DNA from: Catajapyx aquilonaris
Lineage: Eukaryota
Direction: 5' to 3'
Assembly (NCBI GenBank): GCA_000934665.2
Contig: KZ538042.1
Location: 62,001 to 126,000 of the forward strand
Length of the DNA stretch: 64,000 nucleotides
A program made the position numbers and the translations under genes. Within the stretch, counting starts at the first letter, position 1. Each line of letters starts with the position of its first letter. Shown piece by piece: positions 13,582 through 26,404 of the stretch. Below the pieces are notes generated by a model that saw nothing but the letters and a program-made list of their open reading frames with translations, was not told where the DNA came from and searched no databases.

Positions 13582-13845
13582 TATAGAACGGCTCTGTCCG
13601 TCTGTCCGTCTGTGGACAGGTAACGTGCATAAACCGCGGGAGATACCTACACACGGTTTTCGGATTCAGGTTCAGCGGACCCTGGTCAACTTCCGGTTTT
13701 CCACATTCACTCTATCCGCCAAGGTGTCCTAGGGCTCCTTGTAAATCTGAAATGAGACTAACAACATGCTACGTCGTTGTTGTCAAATACGAATTTCCGG
13801 GGGCAATGAGAAAAAAAGTATACTCGAATCACTCCAATCTCGTTT
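13582..13845 (+). mobile_element. HINE-like element, second copy inverted and abutting the first
   Basis: ctgtccgtctgtccgtctgtgg...ggtcaacttccggttttccac...tgagaaaaaaagtatactcgaatcac is a diverged reverse complement of 13233-13560. Confidence 0.8.
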
Positions 13846-15294
13846 GATTTGAGGCTGCTCCCTACATCCAGCTCAGATGGTGTAGACCAGAGAGATGGAA
13901 GTGCCATAGGCCAGATTTCCACTGTTACTTGATCGAATGTCACTCGATCTAATATTATCATAATCCCACGAGAAATGATGAAGGCAGAGAGCAAGGTGAG
14001 TCCTGGGAGAGATGAACGTATCCCATACGTGCAATGGTTTGTACCGTACTTTTTCCCCTCCCCGTATACTGTACTGAGAGGGTGGGTAATGAATGCGGTC
14101 GATGTCGGGGTGTGAGGGTGGGTCCTGAGGGAGAGGAAGGGAGTAGGGATGCTGCAGGTGTTGCATTTTTATGATGTGGGATGCACCTTGACACGTTTCA
14201 TCCTGAGCAAGCAGAGGGTGTCCCGCGGGTCGGGCCTGCTCCACGGGCAGCATACCTTTGCAGGATCATGCCACCATACACTCTATACTCGCCTTTTTTC
14301 CACCCCCCGAAAAAGAGGGTCCTTCTGCCTCATACCGTTCTGTCATATCAATTTTTTCCCCCTCTAGAATTGGCTTTAGCATGTGCCTCTGTCCGGGCTG
14401 AGCTATGCAGTATAATTTTCTATCGCATGAGCGAGAGTGGCAGTAGTGGACAAATAGGGAGGATGCGCCATCTATGTGAGAAATATGGCACTACATGGAC
14501 AATCCCAGGGCAGTGTTGCCAGATTTAGGGCTAGTTCCGCGCCGTATGTTTAGAACCGGAGAAACTTGGTTATCTGTCCATATATTGAGCCAGGTTATGG
14601 TCCGCGAGTATCAGAAGGAAGGAGGGCCATGTTGAGGGAGAGTTGAGTGGCAGTGTGGTGCATTTGCATTGACAAGCTGACAAAGAGGCCGAATCCATCC
14701 TGAGCAAATCGGCCGCTTGTTTCAGTCTGATGCTGGAAGGGCAGTTGCACCAGTCTGCTGTGTGGGTGCTCTGGATATATGTGTGTGTGTGTAGCAAGCA
14801 AAGCGGCCGGGCCGGGATTGGTGTTTTTGGGAGGACAAAAGAAGCGCCGGCCTTTTTGAAGTGGTCGCACAATGAAACTGGGTCTGTGCAAAGCGAGTAT
14901 AGGGTAGGGACAGATGATATGCGAGTATGTATATATAGAGAGAGGGAGGTGTGATGACACGTGTCGCGCACAACTGGCGTTCCTTATGGGGCCTGGGGAT
15001 GGATATGGAGGTGTTGTGTTGGCATCCCTGGCCGGCTAATGCAATAGTTGCGGGCGCGTGTTGCGCGTGACACACTTTGCACCAGGGTAATTAATTAGCG
15101 TCACTTCCGCCCTACCCCTCACTCCGCCATGCCCATTTTTCTTGCACTTATTACACCCACAAGCAGGTTGCATCGATGCTAATCTCCGATTATGTCGAAT
15201 TATGTTACGATTGCATACGCATTCTTCCTTAATTTCTTCAATTTGTGAAAACCATGTATATCCATACCCAGATATAATCGGAGATTTCATTCTT

Positions 15295-15478
15295 AATTGG
15301 ACGGTGTCATGCAATAATGTGTCAACCCACAAAAAAACATACCCAAAGGATCCTACTTCATTAAGTTCAAATCAATCCGGCGAAATCTGCATACTTCCAC
15401 TGCATATTCCGAAGCCCCCCTTTTCCTCAAAACTGTTCTCATGTTGTTTGACACGTTATTGCATAACGCCGTCCAATT
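15295..15478. mobile_element. MITE with ~30-bp TIRs (related fragments near 8180-8260 and 17538-17573)
   Basis: aattggacggtgtcatgcaataatgtgtcaa ... ttgacacgttattgcataacgccgtccaatt. Confidence 0.8.
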
Positions 15479-16199
15479 TGTGTCGACACAACCAGCCAAC
15501 TGAACCCACCTTTAAGAGCAAATCGGAGTAATTTAAATACCTGCTGCGCAGATAGGCCCGGTTGTTTCAAATTAGAGGAAAATCTCATCCGGATATCGCC
15601 AATTATTCTGAGAGATTTTTTCCCCCCTTTAATTTATGTCGATATTATTGGAGGATAATCGTATATATTTTTTTCCTTCATTTTCCATCCACGAAACTGG
15701 GTCTTATGGCCCTCTTATATCATCACGAATGAGGCTAAATCTCCGGTTTATGTATAGGTTTACTCCAATCCGTAATCAGAGATAAATTGCGTCGATACAA
15801 CCAGGCCTTGATGGGTGTCGAAATGTGGCAGCCATTTTAACACCCGATGATTTATCAAACCCTTTTTTTTTCTCCTTGAAGCGAAGGTCCTGGAAAACTT
15901 GTAATGGGCATACCTGGTACTCCAAATTTTTTTCGGTGGTAGTATAATGATAGATGCACGCATCTGATTACCAGCACGGTCAGGTGTGTGGAAGGTTTCA
16001 GTGTGGAGGGGGTTTTAAAAAATCGCGTTTCCAATATCTGCCCACTTCTAGGCCCGCAAAATCTGCCTGGTTCATCAAGTGGGTGCCGAAATGCGCTATC
16101 AACACTGCACATCGGAATGCAAAAAAAAAATGAGCACGGAAAATTAACACCCGTATCAGAAAATGTCAAAAAAAGGCATAGTCGCACGGTAGTAGTATA

Positions 16200-16495
16200 A
16201 TCTTTACAGAAAGTTTGTTGGTCTGTATATGTCACGGCTGCCTAACCCACTTTCAGACTACTGGGAGTACTGAAACTTGGCACACCGATGTCTTACATGC
16301 AGCTGATGAAGGGAAAAGTCCGAAAACTGCACCTTTTAAAAGTCTGTCTCTACATATATAAAGTAGAAAGTTTGTTGGTATGTTTGTCCGGGCTACCTAA
16401 CCCACTTTCAGACTACTGAGAGTGCTGAAACGTGGCACACCGCTGATGAAGGGAAAAGTCCGAAAACGAGCACTTTTTAAAGTGTAAAAGCACAA
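16200..16495 (+). mobile_element. Two tandem Helitron-like 5' fragments (third copy at 54471-54605)
   Basis: tctctacatatataaagtagaaagtttgttggtatgtttgtcc...cctaacccactttcagactactg repeated; TC + TATA-rich start resembles arthropod non-autonomous Helitrons. Confidence 0.6.
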
Positions 16496-16946
16496 AATTT
16501 AGGGAGTTTTATTTTTTATTTGGTTTATCATATGCTGCACATTGCTCTCTCTTATTTGCGCTAGTGGGTGCATAAAATGTCCCCCATTATAAATTAGGCA
16601 AAATGATTGAACTGTATCGGGTAAGCTCGGTGCTGTGTAAATGACCCTGAGGGAATGTGGTTTACTTGGAATTGTCAGGTGCTGGTTGAAGCAACGAGGC
16701 AGTGATTAAACATTGCGGTTTTGCAAGATCCACGAGTACCAACCCGATACTTGAAAATGAATCACCTATCTTGGGAACGCAATATAATTATTGCGGAACT
16801 GACTAAGATCATATTAGGGAAGTGGTGAGCCTATAGAGTGACCTTGTGAGATGAAGTGCTTTTTTTTGTGGATGAAGTAAAGAGACTATGTGCAGCAGCC
16901 TCCTCCTCCTCTCTTGGGAGGTGGGAGGTGGAGTAAGGAAAAAGCG

Positions 16947-17032
16947 CTAACTCGCTCCTTTTCTTTCTCCCTTTGTCAGGTGAAAGCTGATTGGCTGTGA
17001 AAGGCGACTGGCAGCTCTTACATCTGGTAAGC
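16947..17032 (+). other. 3' splice site (AG|GT) + 47-nt cryptic exon 16980-17026 + donor GTAAGC; candidate recursive splice site or non-coding exon
   Basis: CTAAC branch motif 16947-16951, pyrimidine tract ctccttttctttctccctttgt, CAG ending 16979, then GTGAAA; donor CTG|GTAAGC at 17027; stop codons in all three frames of the exon. Confidence 0.5.
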
Positions 17033-18827
17033 CTCTTTTTTTTCTTCTTCTTCCTTCTACTCTTCTCACTCTCGTTTTTTCTCTCTCTTTATATTCTCCT
17101 TTTTTGTTGTAAATGGTGTAAGGTAGACGCATGCGCACTGCTGGTGGTGGTGCACATTGACTGCGTCCGGAGATCAATCGATATTGGTTGAAATTACAGC
17201 GGGCCGTGGCTTGCTTTCCTTCTGGCCAAGCGTGCAACAAATGACAGGTTTTAGCAGCACTGCAAATCCCCAAGCTCCTCATTACCACCAGCCCCACCCA
17301 TATTTCTCTACAACTTTTTTTTCTTCTTCTGATTTTGGCCCCCCCCCCCCCTATTTTTTATTTTATAAATGTGGGCCACCGACTATATGTAGAGACCGCT
17401 GATCTCTATTATTAGCGGTTGCAGCCCCTTTAGCTGCTCGGATGAACCCCAAGGATTTTGGGGCTGAATAGGAAAAGTGGCAAGGTAGCATCAAAAGTCG
17501 ACTCGTGGGGTAGTTTATTCCTTAATAATTAACCCGAAATTGGACCGTGTTATACAATAATGAGTCAACCCACGTGAGAACAATTTGAGCCAGTGATTTT
17601 TATGTTTGCGATAATTCATCGAGAAATTGACATTTCGGTGCTGGAAATAGTGGGCCCATTGCTGCAAATTTATTTTCTGAAAAAGTAGAAGGGGGGAGTG
17701 CCTGATGGTGGTCACATTTCGCGGCGACCTTGAGTGGTGTCTGTGGTTGAAACCCCTCATCGTACCCACCATCCTCTCTAGTACAGTACCCGCAAGGATG
17801 TTTGCCACGATGAATCGAGTGCCATTAGCATAAAAAGTCGTAAACGGTGCAAGAGCACAAAGTCAATATCCAAAGCCAGCAGCAGCGGGCCTGACTCCAA
17901 TTTCCCTCAACTGCAACTTTTTTTTTTTTGCACAGGTCCAGGGGGCTGCAGTTCGTCAGGGAAAAAAAACTTTTTTTTGAGAAAAGAAAAAAAAAGAAGG
18001 GTAGAGAAAGTCGCATTCACTTACCCAAGCAATAATTCCCTCCCCATTAGTGCGATTAGTAATCGATCCTCTATCGCTTTTTTGGGGGAGGGACGGAAAA
18101 AAGAAGCAGGCGGATGGAAAGAAAAGGAGCCAATTCAATAGGCTCTCTCTATGGTCTATATTTGCCAACTTCTCTCATCGCAGTGCTGCCAACAAGATGC
18201 ATCTCTCGGACTCGTTTTCCTCCCCTTCGCTTCGCTTCAAACGGTCCAAGCCATCCCGCTCTAATTATTTCGCTTTCGCAAAAAATTTTTGCACTCCATA
18301 CACTTACGGAGAGCTTGAAGGAGGAAGGAATTGGCTCGTTTCCTTAGCCAAAAATCTTTGCGAGTCGTTTTTTTTTTGGCGGAACGGGTTTTCTCAAATT
18401 TAATCAGGATCCCAGCATGATCAGGGTGTTATAGGCCAGAAAAAACTGTTAGGCTCGGGGTAAGTGGGGGGGACACCGCAATTTGCGCAAAAAAAAACTG
18501 CCAATTTTTTTTTCTCTTTCTCTCTCCAACAAGAGAGCCTCTCCGGTAGTTCTCCGCAAGTATTCGGTGTCAAAGTGTGACGTAATGAACCGCGAACCAG
18601 TTGCGGGGACGATGAAAGGAAATTCCACGCCTGGCGGTGTATAAATGAAATATTCCGGACCCGTAACTGGTGCCGCATGCTGGAGCCACACCGTGACTAA
18701 ATGTGCGTGATAGACGCCACTTCATTGGCTCACACTGGACGGATCAGGAGAGGAGAAATTAAGTCTCGGCAGGAAATATTTTAAACGAACGAAGCGGGAT
18801 CGTCAGAATTGATTTGTGTCAGAAAAC

Positions 18828-19622
18828 ACCTAATCCCCTTATTCTCTCTGTCCACAAGTTTGTCCATGTTGACCCATCACTTATAGGTTGTAGTCACTTT
18901 CCTCGTTCAGCAATTAGAGGACATAATTATACGGTCAGAAAAAGTGGGACCCACTTCAATAGAGCACCCTGGTGGGCTTTGTACGCGCGGTGACTCATCA
19001 CTAGGGCTGTGCGATATCCGAAATTGCATATCGACTTTCGATACTCAAAAAATATCGAATCGAAAATCGAAAAACCTACATAGAAAATATCAAATCAAAG
19101 TCGATATATCGAAAATCGGAAAACCTACATCGAAGATATCGAAGGCGATATATCGAAAATCGGAAAACCTACATCGAAGATATCGAATCGAAGTCGATAT
19201 ATCGAAAGTCGGAAAACCTACATCAAAGATATCGAATCGAAGTCGATATATCGAAAATCGAAAAACCGACATCGAAAATATCGAATCGAAGGCGATATAT
19301 AGTAAATCGGAAAACCGACATCGAAAATATCGAATCGAAGTCGATATATCGAAAATCGAAAAACCGACATCGAAAGATCGCGATATTCGATGCATCGCAC
19401 ATGCCAAGCGTCGGATATCGCAACTTCGATATTAGGAAAATATCGTGTCGACAGTCGATGTATCGAAATATCGCACAGCCCTACTCATCACCAACGTGCA
19501 TGTAGTACTACTTTCCCCCTAAGCACGGCAGTAGTGTGCATCCTGTGCGCCAACTGGTAAGTACTACTTCCAAATGAGGGGCAAGCAGTGTTGCCAAAAT
19601 TTGGCAACGAGTCCGCTACTAG
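18828..19622 (+). mobile_element. Non-autonomous Helitron family B copy, interrupted by a hAT MITE
   Basis: 3' hairpin gttgccaaa-a-tttggcaac followed by ...ccgctaCTAG (19619-19622); body shared with copies at 21103, 36300, 37606, 39580 and 49330. Confidence 0.75.
19002..19483 (+). mobile_element. hAT-type MITE with internal TCGA/CGATA-rich tandem array
   Basis: TIR tagggctgtgcgatat / atatcgcacagcccta; perfect 8-bp TSD ctcatcac (18994-19001, 19484-19491). Confidence 0.92.
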
Positions 19623-21102
19623 CTTGCGTAAAATAATTGCTTTTACACACACACACGTATGTTTGTGTCCTGGCAGCGTCATTTTGTTGTCAGGTCACAC
19701 CTGCAGTTCGTTGCATTATTGACATGGCCAGCGATGCAACGATTGCAAATGCAGTTCGCTGCAGGTGAGCGTCCACAACCGCGCATCAAAGCAAATTTTG
19801 CGACATTACAGTCACCTCTGCTGGAAGAATCTGAAATATTAATGGCGCCCAACTGATGGAGCATTGTTTTGCTTCGAAAATGTGTTTATCACCGGCAGAA
19901 AAAGTGGCCCGATAGAAAATTGGGGTGCAAGTCACGTATACTGTACCTGCTATAGTCTTTGTGCGTGTCGCATCCAATGTGTGTAAGGTGTGCATGTGCA
20001 CCTGGCGCATGAACACACAGATACCGATCCGCAAAATGAAGGGGGGGCCAAAGAGTGCTTCCCTGAGCCGTAATTGCCTCCAATTTGGACCCACGAAGCA
20101 GGCTTCCCAGACAACTTTTTTTTTTTGGAAATGATTTTTTTTTTTTGGCTTGCACATCTGGCCAGCTTTTTTTTCGGGAGGTCGTGGGCCAAAAAGCGTG
20201 TGTAACCCAGTGGGCACATTAGGCACGTGCCTCAAGTCCAGACCATTTTTTGGTAGGGTTCAATCCGCGCGCGAAGGAATCTGCTCGCGACAGCTGTAAA
20301 CGCCGCTTTGGGGACTACACTACCGTTGAGTTACTCGCTTTTTTTTGACGACGAGGAGCACGACGGATGGGCTTATGTTAATCAGCTCGGAATTTTTTTG
20401 TTAAAGTGGAGTTGTTGATAATCAGGTGGAGTTGTTGATAATGAGGTTCTATCCTGCATTTTGAAAACTCATGGGGTAGAAAAAATCGTACTTATTTTTG
20501 AATGAATTTTGGTGCTTTTTTGTTTCAAGAAATACCGTACGTATTAGTTTTCGAGCTATGATCGATCTATAATATGGTATCGTATTTCCCTCTGACGTCA
20601 CTGAGGCTAAACAGGTGCAGAGGCAGGAACGCACCCGGGCTGCTTTGTTGGCGCTCCTATAACAACCGAGTAAACCAGTCTGCTGACGTCATCCGCAATA
20701 GGCAGGAGTGGAAATGCGCCTATTAGGGCACGCCCCCTTTCCCCCCGGTCAATTTCAGAGTGACTTTTAAACCCGCGATATTTTAAACATTTTTGTGCTG
20801 AAAATTGCCTGTTTACATTATGTATGATTGAACTATTTCCCAGATCCCAGACCAGGGCTGTGCTGGGTTGGCAGTTTAGCACACTTTTCTGCGAATGGCC
20901 GGATTTTCCTTACGACTGGACGTAACTCGACGGTGACGTCATCGATCGGCCAATTAAATCCCGCGGTTAACATTCTTGCGGGTTTGAGGGGAAGCGGTTT
21001 GTGCGGCCGTCCGTCGCCATAGCGATGCGTGAAGCGTGTCGCCAGACTCTCCACTGGGGGTAGTTTCCGCAAACTTGTCTTCTTTTTCGATATGCACGTA
21101 TA

Positions 21103-22164
21103 CTAGTAGCGGACTCGTTGACGAAATTTGGCAACACTGCAGCTCCAACTTGGACGTAGTAAGATATGCAGCTACCAGTTGACGCATAGGCTGTCCCTCT
21201 GCACACTACTGCTAGGGCTGCGCGATATTTCGATACATCGACTGTCGATACGATATTTTCCTAATATCGAAGTTGCGATATCCGACGCTTATCATGAGCG
21301 TTGTATCGAATATCGCGATTTTTCGATATTGTTCGATGTCGGTTTTTCTATTTTCGATATATCGACTTCGATGCGATATTTTTTGAATATGCGATTATTC
21401 GATGTCGGTTTTCGATATGGCTCGATGTCAGTTTTCGATATTTTTCGATGTCGGTTTTTCGATTTTCGATATATCGACTTCGATGCGATATTTTTTGAAT
21501 ATGCGATTTTTCGATGTCGGTTTTCGATATTGTTCGATGTCAGTTTTTCGTATCGACTTCGATGCGATATTTTTTGAATACGCGATTTTTCGATGTCGGT
21601 TTTCGATATTTTTCGATGTCGGTTTTTCGATTTTCGATATAACGACTTCGATGCGATATTTTTTGAATACGCGATTTTTCGATGTCGGTTTTCGATATTG
21701 TTCGATGTCAGTTTTCGATATTGTTCAATGTCGGTTTTTCGTCTTTCGATATATCGACTTCGATGCGATATTTTTTGAATATGCGATTTTTCGATGTCGG
21801 TTTTCGATATTGTTCGATGTCAGTTTTCGATATTGTTCAATGTCGGTTTTTCGTGTTTCGATATATCGACTTCGATGCGATATTTTTTGAATATCGAAAG
21901 TCGATATGCAATTTCGGATATCGCACAGCCCTAACTACTGCCGTGCTTAGGGGAAAAGTAGTAGTACATGCACGTTGGTGTTGAGTCACCGCGCGGACAA
22001 AGCCCACCAGGGTGTTCCTATAACCATTGAAGTGGGTCCCACCCTCTCTGACCGCTATATGGAATTGTTGAAAGTGAAAACTATGGTAACTACTACCTAT
22101 GGCCGATGAGTCAACACGGACATATAAGCAGAAAGAGATAATAAGGAGATTAGTGTATAGAGGA
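21103..22164 (-). mobile_element. Non-autonomous Helitron family B copy (full length), interrupted by a hAT MITE
   Basis: Minus strand begins a|TCctctatacactaat and ends imperfect hairpin + ccgctaCTAG|t, matching canonical Helitron termini and an A/T insertion site. Confidence 0.8.
21213..21933 (-). mobile_element. hAT-type MITE, same family as 19002-19483, with a longer internal array
   Basis: TIR tagggctgcgcgatat / atatcgcacagcccta; perfect 8-bp TSD actactgc (21205-21212, 21934-21941). Confidence 0.92.
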
Positions 22165-23384
22165 TATTTGGTTGAAACGCTCGAGAGTCTTTCCCTTTAT
22201 AAACAAGCGGGCATCATTCGATTGAAAAGTTTGGAAGAGGCGGGATGGGCGCAATTCCCGTCACGCCCAGATATTATTCCGAGGAGGTAACTCCCTCCAT
22301 GTTGGAAATACCCAGGGTGCTGCGATGATATATTCTGGGTGAAAGTCAGGGCAGAAGCGTTCCTTTCTACACTTCATCAACCGGTAGTAGTGTAGGAGGG
22401 AGAAGCAGGGGGAATGTTTACACAGCACTTGCTCCAGCGAAAGGCAATCTTTTATCCATCTTTATGGCCGCACCTTATAAGCCAGAGGGGGGGGCTAGGA
22501 ATTCCTGCCAGAAATGCTTTACTGGGGTAGGGGGGGGGGGGGNGAAGGGAGAGAAAAAGTGCGCTTCATAAGTGAATGCAGGGGATGCATGCACTGCGAT
22601 GCTGCATGCCCCGTTGAAAAATTAAAGGCTGGGAGGCCTTGGCCGGGCTCAAATTGGCTTCTTCTGGTTCATTTATTCCTTACCCCCGGATTTGGCGCCT
22701 GAAAACTTAATGCAATCCACGCCCAATTTTTACACCCACCTTCAAAAAAAATGTACCAAAATTACTCGCTGTATCTCCGGATACATTTTTTTTTGGGGGG
22801 GGGGNGGGGGGGGTTGCTAATCTCATTTTGTACTTGCCAGATAGCCCGTGTAGTTCATTTTAGCTCGGGATTTAAAAAAATATTGGTGTCATTTTCGGTA
22901 GGCGGTGGAATATACGACTTTTGGGACACACGGTAGGCACCCGGATATCTATTTCCGGGCAAGGCAGCCTCGTCATATAATTTGGGATTTCTCGAGGCGT
23001 AAACGAGAAGCACGGGCTGGACTTAACCGGTAATCCTATTGGGTAACTTGGGCTCTATACCCCCCCCCCCCNCCCCCCCCTCTCTCTCTCTCTCTCCCAT
23101 CCCCCCACCCACCAAACAGATGCTCATAAATTGGTAATAACCTCGAACGCAATTATTTCGGGAGACAGCGCTCAAGTGCTATCGATTACCTGCCTTGCAA
23201 ATGCAACTGCAGGGATTTCAATAACACCATCCGTTGGTTGGATATGAGAGACGGATAGGTGAAATCTGCCAGCCAAGGCGATGGAAGTGTCGTAGACTGT
23301 ATCCGAAGAGCGAACAAGTTGGCAACACTGCCACCGCCTCGGTGAGTCATCAGTAGTGCGCCATCCACACTGGTGACGCTCCTA

Positions 23385-23870
23385 AGGAACATCAATTTTT
23401 AATGCTCCTGTAATGCTTTTTAGAAACAAAAAAACCACAAGAGCATGAGAAGAGCCGTACAATTGATGATGTATGGGAGACTCGCCAGTTTTTAATGCTG
23501 TTCTAATGCTCTTATGTATTAGCAACAAAATCAACGTTATCAAAGCATTAAAAGAGCATCCCTACTGAGTGTCTCACGGAACATCAATTTTTAATGCTTT
23601 TGTAATGCTCTTGTAATTTGTTGATGCATTTAGCAACAAAAAAGCATCGCAAAAGCATTAAAAAAATTGTTTGTCCATGATGCTCTTTTAAGGTACAGCG
23701 AAACAAGAACATTACAAGAGCATCATCAAAGCATTTAAAAAGCATCACTCCTGAGTCTCTTATTAGACGTCAATTTTTAATGCTCTTGTCATGCACATGA
23801 TGCCTTCTATAGCAACAAGAGCATTAAAATAGTTTCTCTCTGCTGGGTAATGCTCTTTCGATGCTTTTGA
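23385..23870. repeat. Degenerate tandem repeat (AATGCT/AGCATT-rich, ~190-bp period), probably TE-internal satellite
   Basis: atcaatttttaatgct recurs near 23391, 23584 and 23769 with inverted aaagcatt/aagagcat motifs between. Confidence 0.7.
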
Positions 23871-25257
23871 GATCATTTGCAGTGCTTATTTTGCGGTTTA
23901 CAGTGTATGCAAGAGATATGGTACTCCGTCCCGACTCCGTACGTAGTACCGATGATCTCACGGAGATTGCGCACTACTGATGACTCACCGCGGACAATTC
24001 TACACATGGTCCCAGTTTATCTGAACAGACCACGCAGCAGTTCGACCGTGTGTATACCGTCGTTGGGAGCACCAATCCGGCACGTACCGTCCATTTGGCA
24101 CGCGTCGGGTTGACGACCCCAGATCACTTTGGGTGTCTATTAGTGAAGTTGACCCCCCCGTCTTTTCAACGCCGGGTCTCGTGTAAACAGGACCTGGTTC
24201 AGGTCCATCCCTACCTGCACCTTTTGTATATTTTCCCTGCCCTGGCTGGTCTGAATGGATCGGCCATTTCTTTCAGATGGCCTGGAAATACTGGCAAAGG
24301 GTAAACAGGGAACGGTGTTTGAAGAACGGGGGAGGAGGATTTTCTACAGGGGGGGGTGGCTGTGGGAGGGGTGTAAACGATCCGGGCGTGTCTTTTGGCA
24401 GCTTTGGAGCTTACCTCATAAACTGCCTGCCTGCAAAAGAGTAGGCATCCATGGGGAGGAGGAGGGGAAGGGGGGGTGGGTTTAAACTTTGCATGAAGCC
24501 CTGCTATCGTATTTCATCGTTAATCCGAATCGATACTCGTGTTGGAAGCTGATAACCGCTGACGAATAGACTCAACCACCCGACTATTTCTACCCCCCCT
24601 ATGCAGATAGTATATGTAGAGAGAGAGAGAGAGAGAGGGTTTGCTCTTCCTGATGAAGTGTGGAAAAGGGCCTGTCTGGTCCACAAACATTTTGGAGGCT
24701 GGGTCCACACAAGGGCTCGTTTCATCTTTCCAACCACATACACTCACAATCGGTCATTCAATGCGGAGGATAATCTCCGACGACTTATTTTTCATTGGGG
24801 GGGGGGGGGAATTGGACGCGTCATTGGACAAGTCACTCCCTTCCAATATACAGATTAAGGGAGGCGAATTAAGCGATATTGAAACGGGATAATCCGAATT
24901 AATGTAGCTCCCCCCCTCCAATTCCTGATGCTGCAACGCTGCGCTCATTTCCAACCCTTTGACTGTACGTAATTAATACCCATTATCATTTTCATTCACA
25001 AAGGGACGTGGAGGGAGGGAGGGATGGGGTGGAAATACAGATTTAACTGTGATAACCAAATATGCCACGTATTGACCCGCTTCACTCACTCACTCCCTTT
25101 TGGGCCTACAGTTATGGAAAACTAACCGCCATGTTTGGAAATGTCACTGTAAAAATAAAAATTGCGATTGCAGCAACTACACAGTTTGCCTAGCGTAGGC
25201 CCTCGGCATTACACGTGAAAACTGACGTGTTTACACTTGCATCGAGTAGCGTGCTAT

Positions 25258-25830
25258 ATAGGTGATTTTTTAAGGAACGCAACCGAGTGCGCATCTCAGG
25301 TAGCGCAGCGTGCACGGTTGGCATTATCGATGATATAGCTCAACCACTTTCAGAAAGGGAAGTGACGTATGATGACGTTTCTTAAAGCACCAATCAGAGG
25401 CACGGTCAGATGGGATACTTGAAGCTTATTGGGCGGTAAGGAGAGGATCTTGCCTCTGATTGGTGCCTTATGAAACGTCATCATACGTCACGTCCCTTTC
25501 TGAAAGCAGCTACGTGCAATTTTCCGATAACTCTTCGGACAAAAAAGTTGAAACATCCTGTATAGTAAGCTCTCTAAAGTGGGTTTACTTCGCTGCGCTT
25601 ATTTCCGACGCTACTCTTGAGAGGAAGGAACAAAGTGGCAGACGTTTAACTAGCGCAACCGAGCGCGCAACACAGTTCGCGCAGCGTGCACGGTTGGAAT
25701 TATCAATGATATTAAGCTCTCTAAAGTGGGTGTACTGTGTTGCACTTATTTCCAACGCTGCCCTTGAGGGGGGAAGCAAAATGGCAGACGTTTGCGACGT
25801 TGCCAAAGCTTTGGAACGTACCTAAGAGGC
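25258..25830 (+). mobile_element. Composite family A MITE fragments with a nested hairpin element
   Basis: Family A left TIR gcaaccgagtgcgca near 25279 and again near 25655; core aaaatggcagacgtttgcgacgttgcc. Confidence 0.75.
25347..25506. mobile_element. Fold-back MITE nested in a family A copy
   Basis: ctttcagaaagggaagtgacgtatgatgacgtttc...gcaccaatcagaggca / tgcctctgattggtgc...gaaacgtcatcatacgtcacgtccctttctgaaag. Confidence 0.85.
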
Positions 25831-26404
25831 TATGGGTGGGTTTTTTTTTGGTTCATGTCGACTGTGGACGCAGTATTGATGACTCGCCGCGGACAAGCGG
25901 AGTCACAGACCCAAGCCAATTTTTTGATCATATTTGGACGGGATGAGAATGTTTCATAACATGCTCTGTATACCCTCACCTCTAAGTATAATACCCTGGA
26001 GCTATTTGTATTAATCTGTTGTACAGGTAGAAGCGGAGCAATTTGTGCGGAGATGTTAGCATAGCACAGGTGCACCCCCGGTGGGTGTACCGGAAAGTGG
26101 AGGCAAGCAAGTAGACTAGAGGAGTGAGTGAATGAGAGAGCGTGGCCAGTGGGGCTTGCGTTCAAAGATACATGCCCCGGTCGTTATAGTGCCGCTGCCT
26201 GAATAATTGAAGCCCAGGACCAAGCACAGAATGGGGGGGTGGGCTGCTCAAAGGGGGCCAGGGAGGAGAGAGACCTTTGACCTGCCACATAGACCTGAAA
26301 ATGCGTTGGCCGATCGACCCACAAACCGGATGAATCGGAGGTTACGTGTGTGCACATGTCACCATTCACAAGTCCCAGCTCTGAAATATACTACCCTCCA
26401 AAAA

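Noticed and set aside
18944..21984. Long overlapping ORFs (e.g. 18944-19435, 21128-21577, 21402-21890)
   Set aside because: Translations of the TCGA-rich MITE arrays; repetitive peptides in several frames on both strands.
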